A DNA stretch of 64,000 bases, taken from the sequence record OZ196212.1; one strand, written 5' to 3'. Positions 39,026 through 47,503 of this stretch are shown here, piece by piece (within the stretch, counting starts at the first letter, position 1; the number at the start of each line of letters is the position of its first letter). The notes under the pieces are model-generated. The model was given only the letters and a program-made list of their open reading frames with translations. It had not been told where the DNA came from and did not search any database. The position numbers and the translations under genes are program-made.

Positions 39026-39298
39026 ATGGTTCGTGTATTTCTTCCTGTGGCGGTAGTGTTACTATCGTCGCTGTTCTATCTCGCTCTTGATGGCGAAGCT
39101 AAAAAACATTCTGAAGCGTTTGAATTTGACGCGATGCAAATCGAACACCCAACGAAAGCATATGTGTACGATAAAGTATGCATGGACGGAATCGAATATT
39201 ACAGAATGGGGCGCGGCGCTGCACCTGTTGTAGACAAAGAAACACTAACATTTAAACGATGCTCGGAGACTAATGATGTACTTTCCCAAACGAATTAA
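39026..39298 (+). CDS. Hypothetical membrane-anchored protein (90 aa)
   Basis: SD GGAG; N-terminal hydrophobic helix; Cys pair. Confidence 0.7.
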   Translation: MVRVFLPVAVVLLSSLFYLALDGEAKKHSEAFEFDAMQIEHPTKAYVYDKVCMDGIEYYRMGRGAAPVVDKETLTFKRCSETNDVLSQTN

Positions 39299-39860
39299 AA
39301 CACCAACTACGAAGAACGTTCCGCTTAAAGTCGGCACTAAGCTGTCAGTGGATTGGAAGTATGTGAACTCGCTAGTGCAAAACGATGTTAATCTTGAACT
39401 CATCTATGAGTCTGACACGCAATACATCTTCTTAGATCTAGATAGCAACCTCGGCGCGACATTCTCGATGTCAAGAATCACCGGTGATGTTCATCGTACA
39501 TCAGACCGACGTGCGATATTCAACACATTTCAAACTGACACGGGCGAACCTATTGTAGTTGAGCGCGGTCAGCTTTGCGTGGCTGTTGATTGTGTATCTG
39601 AAGAGAAAATGCAATACACGCCAATCAAGCGCGGTGATACGCTGAGAACGCATCACTATGGCTCGCTTGAGCGTTCGACTGCTGTCGTGTTATTCGTAAC
39701 GCCTGAGTTCATCACTGTAGAAAGCAATAATGCACCGTTTACGTTCAGTCGAAGCGAAATCATTCGACGCGAATATTCGTACATCGCATCTAATCGCGGC
39801 TGTAAGATCGATACTGAAATCTTCTGTGGTATCCCTGAAAAGGATTCGATTGCACAATGA
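39273..39860 (+). CDS. Hypothetical protein (195 aa) with an internal duplication
   Basis: SD GGAG; PLKVGTKL.. and PIKRGDTL.. halves. Confidence 0.7.
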   Translation: MMYFPKRIKTPTTKNVPLKVGTKLSVDWKYVNSLVQNDVNLELIYESDTQYIFLDLDSNLGATFSMSRITGDVHRTSDRRAIFNTFQTDTGEPIVVERGQLCVAVDCVSEEKMQYTPIKRGDTLRTHHYGSLERSTAVVLFVTPEFITVESNNAPFTFSRSEIIRREYSYIASNRGCKIDTEIFCGIPEKDSIAQ

Positions 39861-40324
39861 AGTATCAAGCCATAAACGAGTTTGACTTTGCAAACGGCGA
39901 GGGTGTTCGATTGAGCATCTTCGTTTCTGGTTGTATTCATCGCTGTGCGGGCTGCTACAACGAATCGACGTGGGATGTGAACGATGGTATCGAATTCACT
40001 GACGAAACGTTTAGAAGCGTTCTGAGCGCATTAGAGCATCACGACGGTCTGAGTCTATCGGGCGGTGATCCGCTTCATGAAGACAATCGCAAAGTGATAC
40101 TTGATATCTGCCGAGCTGCAAAAGAGCTGTATCCCGACAAAGACATTTGGCTATGGAGCGGCTACAAATATAATTCTGTTTATCATCTTGAAATTATGAA
40201 TTATATTGATGTCTTCATAGACGGGAAATATAAACGTCATCAGCCGACTACGAAAGCGTGGCGCGGTTCTGATAATCAAATCATGTACGTTCGCGTAGAT
40301 GATAAACTAATCAATAAGGGATAA
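39857..40324 (+). CDS. nrdG: Anaerobic RNR activating enzyme (radical SAM)
   Basis: NGEGVRLSIFVSGCIHRCAGCYN, LSGGDPL, WLWSGY, DVFIDGKY, WRGSDNQ. Confidence 0.96.
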   Translation: MKYQAINEFDFANGEGVRLSIFVSGCIHRCAGCYNESTWDVNDGIEFTDETFRSVLSALEHHDGLSLSGGDPLHEDNRKVILDICRAAKELYPDKDIWLWSGYKYNSVYHLEIMNYIDVFIDGKYKRHQPTTKAWRGSDNQIMYVRVDDKLINKG

Positions 40325-40325
40325 T

Positions 40326-40850
40326 ATGAGTTGCGTTTGGATTACAAGTGACCTGCATATTGGTCACAAAAACATCGGGAAGTTTCGCGACGGTATCGAA
40401 GATACTCAAGCAAACACCGATTGGATTGTTGACTTCTGGCTGAAGAACGTGCGCAAGCGCGATACAGTAATCATGTTGGGTGATACTGCGTTCACCGAAG
40501 AAGCAATCGGCATTTTAGCGGGCTTACCGGGTCGCAAAGTGCAATACGGTGGGAATCACGATGATTTGCCAGTCACAAGCTACATGCGTGCGTTTGACGT
40601 AATTCGTGGCTGTGAGAAGTTCAAGAAACTTGGTTGGCTAAGTCATTTCCCACTTCACCCCGACGAGCTGCGCGGTCATTTCAGCATTCACGGTCACGTG
40701 CATTATGCAACGATTGATGATTATCGTTACGTCAACGTGTGCTGCGACAACTTACAGCGCAATATTGGTCAGCCGATGATTCGCTTGACTGATCTTCGTC
40801 AATTGCTCGACAAACGTCGTGAATCAAAAGAGGTCTCTTACGACTTCTAA
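40326..40850 (+). CDS. Calcineurin-like metallophosphoesterase
   Basis: SDLHIGH, LGD, GNHD, SHFP, IHGHVH motifs. Confidence 0.88.
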   Translation: MSCVWITSDLHIGHKNIGKFRDGIEDTQANTDWIVDFWLKNVRKRDTVIMLGDTAFTEEAIGILAGLPGRKVQYGGNHDDLPVTSYMRAFDVIRGCEKFKKLGWLSHFPLHPDELRGHFSIHGHVHYATIDDYRYVNVCCDNLQRNIGQPMIRLTDLRQLLDKRRESKEVSYDF

Positions 40851-40863
40851 TCCGTAGTCTATC

Positions 40864-40911
40864 TGCATGAACATCTAAATACAGGCATGTATTAAAAATG
40901 GTGTTCATGCA
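40864..40911 (+). promoter_or_regulatory. Late promoter TCTAAATA inside an RBS-sequestering hairpin
   Basis: TGCATGAACATC (40864-40875) pairs with GGTGTTCATGCA (40900-40911); inner AATACA/TGTATT stem with GGCA loop; TCTAAATA at 40874-40881. Confidence 0.72.
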
Positions 40912-40913
40912 CT

Positions 40914-41759
40914 ATGATAGATGTTTTATTGAGATATAACGTCAAGATACTCAATAGTCGAAAGCTTGTTATCTACACAGATGAGAATCGCTTGAAGCTA
41001 ATTGTGGACTTGGCTAAAGAACTCGATGGCGAATACGTTAAGTGTGACCCGGGCAGTTCAATTGGTTGTATACAGATGGATAAATGCAGAATATACGTCA
41101 AACCAATATCTAATCCTGGCATCGAGAATGAACGCAATTTCTATACTATTGTAAAGCAACATATTGATTCTGGCTGCAAGCGAATTAAGATTGGTCGACG
41201 CGTGATCACGAATGTACTGTCAATTGAAATGACGGGGCATGACACGAAGAACAACAAAAAAGCCGATATGGTGATTCATACCAGTAGCGGTGAAGTTCCG
41301 ATCTCTATCAAAAAATCAAATGCTGAACGTTGGGCAAGCACTGACGTTATTCATGGCGTTGAAGCACGCAAGCTACTAGATCAAATGGTTCACGATGACA
41401 CAGTAAAACTTTCGGATTATTCGGACTGTGGCAAGATCAAGCGATTAAGTCAACCGATTGCTCGTCGTCTCAAAGAGGCTGAGATCAATCAAGTAGTATT
41501 CGGCTCTGATATCTTGAACAATGGCGTGGTTATCGTCAATAGCTTTACATTAGATGATTTTGTTTTCAATAACGATACACTACATATTAGCGGTGAAGTG
41601 CTTTATTCGTCTGCTGACGTTAAAGACACGATTTACCACCCGTATATGATGATTAGAAATGACGCTTGTCGCCGTAGTAAGGCATTGCCTTATGGTGTAC
41701 GAGTCGAAGTTGTATTCGAGTCACGAATTACGAAAAACACGATTGTTTACGAGGAGTAA
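40914..41759 (+). CDS. Putative PD-(D/E)XK-fold endonuclease (281 aa)
   Basis: GIENERNF (helix Glu), KKADMVI (Asp), PISIKK (S-x-K) arrangement. Confidence 0.6.
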   Translation: MIDVLLRYNVKILNSRKLVIYTDENRLKLIVDLAKELDGEYVKCDPGSSIGCIQMDKCRIYVKPISNPGIENERNFYTIVKQHIDSGCKRIKIGRRVITNVLSIEMTGHDTKNNKKADMVIHTSSGEVPISIKKSNAERWASTDVIHGVEARKLLDQMVHDDTVKLSDYSDCGKIKRLSQPIARRLKEAEINQVVFGSDILNNGVVIVNSFTLDDFVFNNDTLHISGEVLYSSADVKDTIYHPYMMIRNDACRRSKALPYGVRVEVVFESRITKNTIVYEE

Positions 41760-41762
41760 CCA

Positions 41763-42584
41763 TTGAACATTAAAGATAGAATAGAAGAGCTAATCGGCTC
41801 GGTTCACAACTGCACTACCAAAGATGGTGTATGTGAAATCGAAAAGCTGTACGCTCAGAAGAAAAAAGAACTAGGTGCGAACATTACTCCTATGATGGAC
41901 ATCCGCGTGCGCGATGCAATTCGTGGTAAGTGCGATATGTTCGACGCTGAAGCTGCTGAACGCGAAGAAGCAAAGCAAGTGAAAGAAACTGAAGCTGCGG
42001 CTGCTGCAATTGCGGGTAAATTCGACGAGGGTTTGCATCACACGACCGAGAAAGAGTTTTTCTTGCACGAGACTGTGATTGATGAATCAGCGATTGATGC
42101 AATGTGTATCATGGACGTTGACGGCAGTATCCCAACGAACGGACACAAAGAGCTGAGTAAATCGCTTGCTGAGGCGTGTGATCACGTTAACGCGCAAGGT
42201 CGAATCTTTGTACCAGAAGAAGCAAACAAGCTGTTGAGCATTAACGAGCGCGTTGAAATCATCGAATCGTTCTCTGACGTTGACGTTGTTCCGAAAGGCG
42301 TGATGTTTGCTGAAGTTGAACAGTTGATCGAGCGCGACATTACTCGCGTGTTTGCATTCGTTGAATCTGACAAAGTAGCTGAATATCGTCGTCTGGGTAA
42401 ACACTTCTTGCGTTCTGGTGGTCGTCGCTTCGAGATCGTTGAAATCAAGAACAAAGTACCATCGAACATCGTTGAGAATTTGATTCGCGATGACAGTCTA
42501 GAAGAGTTTTTCGAGCAGATGCCGATGCCAATGAACGAAGCTGAGAAGATCTTTGATCGTCAGCTTGAACGTCTATTGGGGTAA
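41763..42584 (+). CDS. Hypothetical protein (273 aa)
   Basis: Long ORF with SD GAGGAG, TTG start, coupled in the same operon. Confidence 0.75.
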   Translation: MNIKDRIEELIGSVHNCTTKDGVCEIEKLYAQKKKELGANITPMMDIRVRDAIRGKCDMFDAEAAEREEAKQVKETEAAAAAIAGKFDEGLHHTTEKEFFLHETVIDESAIDAMCIMDVDGSIPTNGHKELSKSLAEACDHVNAQGRIFVPEEANKLLSINERVEIIESFSDVDVVPKGVMFAEVEQLIERDITRVFAFVESDKVAEYRRLGKHFLRSGGRRFEIVEIKNKVPSNIVENLIRDDSLEEFFEQMPMPMNEAEKIFDRQLERLLG

Positions 42585-42587
42585 TCT

Positions 42588-43073
42588 ATGGCAGACACAG
42601 CTAAACGAGGCGCAGACGGCTTTTATGCACTGCGTTTGTCTACTCTGTTACACATGCCGTTTCAGAAATGGGACGCGTATAAGCGTGGTATCATTGATAA
42701 AGATGGTAAAAAGCTGCGTGACGCTGAATCTAGCGAGAAAGGTTCGTGGACTATGTTTCACGTGACTGTAGCTAACATCAAGAAAATGGTGAACATGCTA
42801 CCGGGTGGTCGTACTGCATTAGATTACGGTGCGTCATATCTGTTGATGATTGAAATCAAAGATCACTACAATTTAAGTGACGAGTTCATTAATGAACTGC
42901 GTTCGCTTGAAGAATCAATGGTCGCGGGTGATGCAGGTGATGGAAGTGGCTCGGCAGAGTCGATTGCGACTGGTGAAACTACTGGTGCAATCACGAACGC
43001 AGGTGCGGGAGCAACTGCAAAGCCGAAGAAGAAAAAGAAGAAAAAGCTGAAGAAATTCAGACATTTCGACTAA
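42588..43073 (+). CDS. 61.1: gp61.1-like protein (161 aa)
   Basis: PF.KWDAYK.GIIDKDG domain of T4-like phages plus tail MVAGDAG..IATGETTGAITN.G..KKKK like T4 61.1; just upstream of gene 61. Confidence 0.72.
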   Translation: MADTAKRGADGFYALRLSTLLHMPFQKWDAYKRGIIDKDGKKLRDAESSEKGSWTMFHVTVANIKKMVNMLPGGRTALDYGASYLLMIEIKDHYNLSDEFINELRSLEESMVAGDAGDGSGSAESIATGETTGAITNAGAGATAKPKKKKKKKLKKFRHFD

Positions 43074-43076
43074 AAT

Positions 43077-43098
43077 AGGGGCGTTTTCGCCCCTTTTT
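43077..43098 (+). terminator. Rho-independent terminator
   Basis: AGGGGCG-TTTT-CGCCCCT-TTTT. Confidence 0.85.
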
Positions 43099-43100
43099 AA

Positions 43101-43131
43101 TGTTTAACGTTCGTGAAACTCGTGTGATAAT
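43101..43131 (+). promoter_or_regulatory. TGTTTAAC-N17-GATAAT promoter (primase)
   Basis: Box 43101-43108, TG-extended GATAAT at 43126-43131. Confidence 0.7.
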
Positions 43132-43150
43132 GCTCACAAGAGGATATATT

Positions 43151-44218
43151 ATGCAAATACTGATTGATATACAATACGCAAAAATGCTACAGCACCGATT
43201 GTTATTACCAAAAGTACATAGTAATCGTCCCTTCAAAATAAATGCTCGTTGTCCCGTATGCGGTGACTCGAAAAAGAACAAATACAAGACTCGTTTTTGG
43301 ATCAATGAAGTGAAGACAAAATCTGGTGAAGTTCATCTTCGCTGTAGTTGTTGGAACTGTGATTTGAATGTGTCGTTGTTTCAGTTTCTGAAAGATCACG
43401 AGCCGTCATTATTCTCACAATATCGTGTTGATCTGTTCAAAGAGAGGAATTCCCGTGAAAGAAAGGAAAGACCGCCTGAACCTGTTAAAGAGAATGCAGC
43501 AAATGCAGCGCCTGTTGTCGTTGAGAAAGAGCAAGAAGAGCAGCTTTTCCACAACATCACCGCGCTAAAAGAAGGTCACGTACTGCACAAGTATCTAGAC
43601 TCGCGCAAAATCCCACATGATAAATGGCATCTACTCGGCTTTACTCGTGGGTGGTCACAGATGGCGAAGACATTACGCCCCGATTTATATGAAGGCGAGA
43701 TTCGTCAAGATCACCCGCGGCTGGTAATACCGATATACAACAAAGATGGGTTGGTAGCAGTGCAAGGTCGTGCTTTGACTAACAAGCACGCGCAGCGTTA
43801 CATGACCATCAAAATCGACGACGATTTCAACAAAATCTACGGTACTGAGCGAATCAATGAAGACGACGACGTTATTTTCGTTGAGGGCCCAATTGATAGT
43901 TTATTTCTATACAATTGTTGTGCTATCGTAGGGGGACAAGTAAGTCCGCAGAACGCACCATACGCGGGACATCGCATATGGGCACTTGATAATGAACCGC
44001 GACATCCCGATGTAGTGAAGCGTATGCAGTCACTTATCAAAGCAGGTGAGCGCGTAGTTATCTGGGATAAACTCCCGCCTGTAATTGCAGGCAAGAAAGA
44101 TATTAACGACTTCGTGAAAGCGGGCGTTAATGCTGAGTTCATTCAGCAATACATTTATGACAACGCAGTAAGCGGCTTGATCGCTACTAATAGATTAAAC
44201 AGATGGAAGAAAATTTAA
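43151..44218 (+). CDS. gp61: DNA primase
   Basis: RCPVCGDS...CWNC zinc finger, RLVIP, QGRAL, VEGPIDSLF TOPRIM, LDNEPR, KDIND; ATG 43151 (SD GAGG). Confidence 0.96.
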   Translation: MQILIDIQYAKMLQHRLLLPKVHSNRPFKINARCPVCGDSKKNKYKTRFWINEVKTKSGEVHLRCSCWNCDLNVSLFQFLKDHEPSLFSQYRVDLFKERNSRERKERPPEPVKENAANAAPVVVEKEQEEQLFHNITALKEGHVLHKYLDSRKIPHDKWHLLGFTRGWSQMAKTLRPDLYEGEIRQDHPRLVIPIYNKDGLVAVQGRALTNKHAQRYMTIKIDDDFNKIYGTERINEDDDVIFVEGPIDSLFLYNCCAIVGGQVSPQNAPYAGHRIWALDNEPRHPDVVKRMQSLIKAGERVVIWDKLPPVIAGKKDINDFVKAGVNAEFIQQYIYDNAVSGLIATNRLNRWKKI

Positions 44219-44715
44219 TGAAGATTGTATACCTACCGCACTACAAAGCAAACGAAGAACTTGGTCTTGAGGCAATCGAGCCGCTTAAAGTAACAGACCC
44301 AGACAATGCAGGTGTCGATATGCGTGCAGCAATCACAGACCGTATTGAGCTTGCTCCGGGTGAAGACGCAGTTATCCCGACTGGCGTTAAGATTCACATT
44401 GGTTCACATCATCTTCATTCGTCATTCACAGATGCGGGTGTTTATGGTATGGCAGCACCGCGTTCAGGAATGGGCTTCAAATACTACGTTCGACTAGCAA
44501 ACACGCTTGGCATCATCGACGCGAACTATCAAGGCGAGATTATGATCAAGATGCGTAACGAGGGTGACCATACAGTTACAATCGAGCGCGGTGACCGTTT
44601 CTGTCAGCTCATCTTCCAACTGTACGTAAAAGGCGTTGAGTTTGAAGCTGTTGACGAGTTCGACGAAGAAACTGAACGTGGTGATGGTGGTTTTGGTAAA
44701 AGTGGGGTGAAATAA
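44218..44715 (+). CDS. dut: Trimeric dUTPase
   Basis: AGVDMRA, PRSGMG, GIIDANYQGEI, GDRFCQL, RGDGGFGKSG motifs 1-5. Confidence 0.93.
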   Translation: MKIVYLPHYKANEELGLEAIEPLKVTDPDNAGVDMRAAITDRIELAPGEDAVIPTGVKIHIGSHHLHSSFTDAGVYGMAAPRSGMGFKYYVRLANTLGIIDANYQGEIMIKMRNEGDHTVTIERGDRFCQLIFQLYVKGVEFEAVDEFDEETERGDGGFGKSGVK

Positions 44716-44957
44716 TGGACGAAGCAGAAATTCTAGAAAGCTTTGAAGTGTACGATCTGATTGAGCTAATCACTGACCCAGATCTCGAAGAAGCATTGCG
44801 ACTTGATATCGCTCGTGAGGGTGAGCACAAGACAAAAATGGTCAACAATCGAAAATGGACTCTTGGTCAGATCTCTGATCAAGATAAGAAAATCGAGCGT
44901 AAACTTGCAGTGTTACATAAAATCTTAGACGTGAAAAAGGTGGTCGACGGTGAGTAA
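44715..44957 (+). CDS. Hypothetical protein (80 aa)
   Basis: Coupled ORF between dut and dexA. Confidence 0.7.
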   Translation: MDEAEILESFEVYDLIELITDPDLEEALRLDIAREGEHKTKMVNNRKWTLGQISDQDKKIERKLAVLHKILDVKKVVDGE

Positions 44958-45642
44958 TGACAAACCAGTATACGACGTGCTGATAGATTATGAGGGATTC
45001 GACACGACTCCCGAAGCAGCGGTCATCGAATTGGGTGCAGTTGTGTTTGAACACGACTTCACTAAAGTGCCAGACTACAATGAACTTGTGAAGAACTCGT
45101 TCCGTTGTAAGTTTGAAATCAAATCTCAGAAAGGCAAGCGCAGCATCAACAAAGCTACGGTTCAGTGGTGGTCTGAGCAGACGAAAGAAGCTAAAGAGAT
45201 TCTAATCCCTAGCATTCACGACGTTAGCGTAGAAGAGGGTCACAAGCTGTTCATCGAGTGGATTGAAAGTGAAACGAAGTACGATGGTCGTTCTCATTTC
45301 TACTGTCGTGGTAATAACTACGATATTCCGCTAATGGCTGACTGTTTCCGTTATTCAGGTCTGCGACACGCAATTATCGACCGTTTCTGGAAGTTCCGTG
45401 ACGTTCGTACGCGTATCGAAGCACTAATGCTGCAACGTGATATGTGTAAAGTGCCGATTAAGCGCGATGCAATGCCTGGGTTCATTCACCACAATGGCGT
45501 ACACGATTGCGCGAAAGACGTGATGATGCTAATCATGGCAGCACGTTATGCACTTGACCTTGAAGAACTTCCAGAGAAAATGGAATGTCACGAAGTGTCA
45601 GTTAATTTCACCGACGAAGAAAAAGAGGAACTTGGTCTATGA
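44950..45642 (+). CDS. dexA: 3'-5' exonuclease DexA
   Basis: LIDYEGFDT (DxE), TVQWW, YCRGNNYDIP, RDVRT, HNGVHDC DEDDh motifs. Confidence 0.9.
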   Translation: MSNDKPVYDVLIDYEGFDTTPEAAVIELGAVVFEHDFTKVPDYNELVKNSFRCKFEIKSQKGKRSINKATVQWWSEQTKEAKEILIPSIHDVSVEEGHKLFIEWIESETKYDGRSHFYCRGNNYDIPLMADCFRYSGLRHAIIDRFWKFRDVRTRIEALMLQRDMCKVPIKRDAMPGFIHHNGVHDCAKDVMMLIMAARYALDLEELPEKMECHEVSVNFTDEEKEELGL

Positions 45643-45800
45643 TCATCGCTGTACATTTGCTTTCACAAGCAAAGCCAGTAACACACGAGCACGTTAAGAA
45701 CGCGTATACGAAAGACGGCTTGTATTGTGTGATGCTGAAAAGCGGTACGATTTATAAGTACCCGCTAGTGAATATTTTCCGAATCACAGAAAATATGTAA
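45639..45800 (+). CDS. Small hypothetical protein (53 aa), missing from the ORF track
   Basis: Hand translation MIIAVHLLSQAKPVTHEHVKNAYTKDGLYCVMLKSGTIYKYPLVNIFRITENM*; SD GAGG; ATGA overlap with the dexA stop. Confidence 0.68.
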   Translation: MIIAVHLLSQAKPVTHEHVKNAYTKDGLYCVMLKSGTIYKYPLVNIFRITENM

Positions 45801-45806
45801 AAACGG

Positions 45807-45835
45807 TTGCGTTGTTTGTTTCACTCGATTATATT
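45807..45835 (+). promoter_or_regulatory. Early promoter TTGCGT-17-TATATT
   Basis: Leader ends AAAGAGAACATTATG. Confidence 0.72.
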
Positions 45836-45870
45836 AGTGTCTCAAACAACGCAACTACAAAGAGAACATT

Positions 45871-46395
45871 ATGAAGCACACATTTACATTTCAGCATATT
45901 TGGTTCAATGTCACGATTAAAGATCGCAAAGTAACTGCTTTTGAAGAGCACGACCACTATGCGGGCGGTATGTTACTAATTCCGAAAGATGTAGTTCCTG
46001 AGCATTGGGTGTACGCTAATATTGCGAATCGCATTGCAGAGCCGAATGCGCTCATATCAGTGCAACGCTTTTTAACGCTGCACACTGACAACGGTTGGCG
46101 CCCGAAAACTGAGTATCGTCCATTAGTGAATGAATATGAGGGTCAAGCGTACTCTTTATTCATTGCAGGTACTACAGTCATTGTGCGTGCTCGTGCTGTG
46201 ATGTGTGAGCCGTCAGTTAATGAATTTTTTGAAGATGATTTGTGTGATCTGAATCGCGAAGGCACTGCGTTACAGTTAATTTTGATGCACAATCAAGGTA
46301 TCATTGATGTCGAAGTTCTATCTGAAGAGAAGACTTTCAACGATATCATGAATGAAGTTTTACCATATGTGCCAGAGGAACCGCACGATGTCTAG
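45871..46395 (+). CDS. Early hypothetical protein (174 aa)
   Basis: ORF after the early promoter with SD. Confidence 0.72.
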   Translation: MKHTFTFQHIWFNVTIKDRKVTAFEEHDHYAGGMLLIPKDVVPEHWVYANIANRIAEPNALISVQRFLTLHTDNGWRPKTEYRPLVNEYEGQAYSLFIAGTTVIVRARAVMCEPSVNEFFEDDLCDLNREGTALQLILMHNQGIIDVEVLSEEKTFNDIMNEVLPYVPEEPHDV

Positions 46396-46624
46396 AATTA
46401 GACTTGGCGACTTCATCACATTAGTTGAGAAAATCGACGATGACGAATTTTTCGGTCAGTTTATCGAGATCTTCGTCTGTGAATGGGGTGGTTATTTTAT
46501 GCGCCTTGTTGATGATTGCGGCAATGATGTCACGATTCACAGCGGTAATGTGAAGACAATCAACGGGGTTTATGTGAGCAATTTATCATACGACAAGTAT
46601 GGTCTGAAAATAGAGGTATTATAG
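46388..46624 (+). CDS. Hypothetical protein (78 aa)
   Basis: SD GAGG, ATG 46388. Confidence 0.65.
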   Translation: MSRIRLGDFITLVEKIDDDEFFGQFIEIFVCEWGGYFMRLVDDCGNDVTIHSGNVKTINGVYVSNLSYDKYGLKIEVL

Positions 46625-47070
46625 TGAAAGGTTACGTATTCGTAAATCGCTACTGCAAGGGAATTCAAGCGGGAATTCAAGGTGCTCATGCACTGCTACG
46701 ACTGTCCGGTTCAGAAAATCGAGAAGAATTCGATAAGTGGTTGCAAAAGTATGAAACTATCTGTATTCTGTCTGCTGCTAGTTCTACTCACTTAGCTGAA
46801 ATCTCAGTTGAGCTTGAAGATATGGACAATGCAGTCGAAGACGTTGCAGTTTTCAAAGAAGAAGGGCTGAACGACGCGATCACTGCTGTTGCTTTCATCG
46901 GTACTGAACTGTTAATTCAAGTTCAAGCTGAAATGAAAGAATGGCGCGACCTGCGCAAAATCGGTGAGGGTCCCAATCGTCGCATATTCGATTCTGACAT
47001 GCACTACAAATATGGTCAGACTTACCAACTTGCAAAATTTTTAGAAGGATTCAGATCTCATGACGGCTAA
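46624..47070 (+). CDS. Putative PTH2 (peptidyl-tRNA hydrolase II)-fold protein
   Basis: YVFVN..GIQAGIQGAHA, W..KYETICIL, VFKEEGLNDAITAVAF pattern. Confidence 0.55.
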   Translation: MKGYVFVNRYCKGIQAGIQGAHALLRLSGSENREEFDKWLQKYETICILSAASSTHLAEISVELEDMDNAVEDVAVFKEEGLNDAITAVAFIGTELLIQVQAEMKEWRDLRKIGEGPNRRIFDSDMHYKYGQTYQLAKFLEGFRSHDG

Positions 47071-47287
47071 TCTAACACTAACTACTGCTACACGTTTCAA
47101 CGATATTATGTCACGTAATGACGTTGATGTTAAATGCACAGTAATCGGTTCTGAGTACATCACATCGGTGTATAAAGATGGCGCGATTCTTGCCGAGCGC
47201 ATTATTGAAATGAAATCGGCTGAACACTTCGAAGTCACGCTCCCTGAGCCTGTACGCGAAGCACGTAAAACAAGCAAACTACCGTAA
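47060..47287 (+). CDS. Hypothetical protein (75 aa)
   Basis: Coupled ORF with SD. Confidence 0.65.
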   Translation: MTANLTLTTATRFNDIMSRNDVDVKCTVIGSEYITSVYKDGAILAERIIEMKSAEHFEVTLPEPVREARKTSKLP

Positions 47288-47297
47288 GGGGTGTGAC

Positions 47298-47495
47298 ATG
47301 AAACGCAATAAAGGGTTTACTCTCATTGAAATTATCGTTCTCGTTATCATCATCGGCATTGCATCAAGCATCGGTCTAGGATTGATATCTGGTGATCAAG
47401 CGACGTTGTACCCGAATCAATCTGATACGATCATCGAGATCAATGGTCAAACCATGCAATGCACCCCTATTATTAATCTCGACGACGATTTCTAG
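47298..47495 (+). CDS. Prepilin-type N-terminal cleavage/methylation motif protein (65 aa)
   Basis: MKRNKG|FTLIE followed by a hydrophobic helix; SD AGGGG. Confidence 0.8.
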   Translation: MKRNKGFTLIEIIVLVIIIGIASSIGLGLISGDQATLYPNQSDTIIEINGQTMQCTPIINLDDDF

Positions 47496-47503
47496 GGAAA
47501 TTA

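Noticed and set aside
43020-43060. AAG/AAA run as a microsatellite or frameshift site
   Set aside because: It encodes the Lys-rich tail expected in 61.1-like proteins and the frame ends normally.
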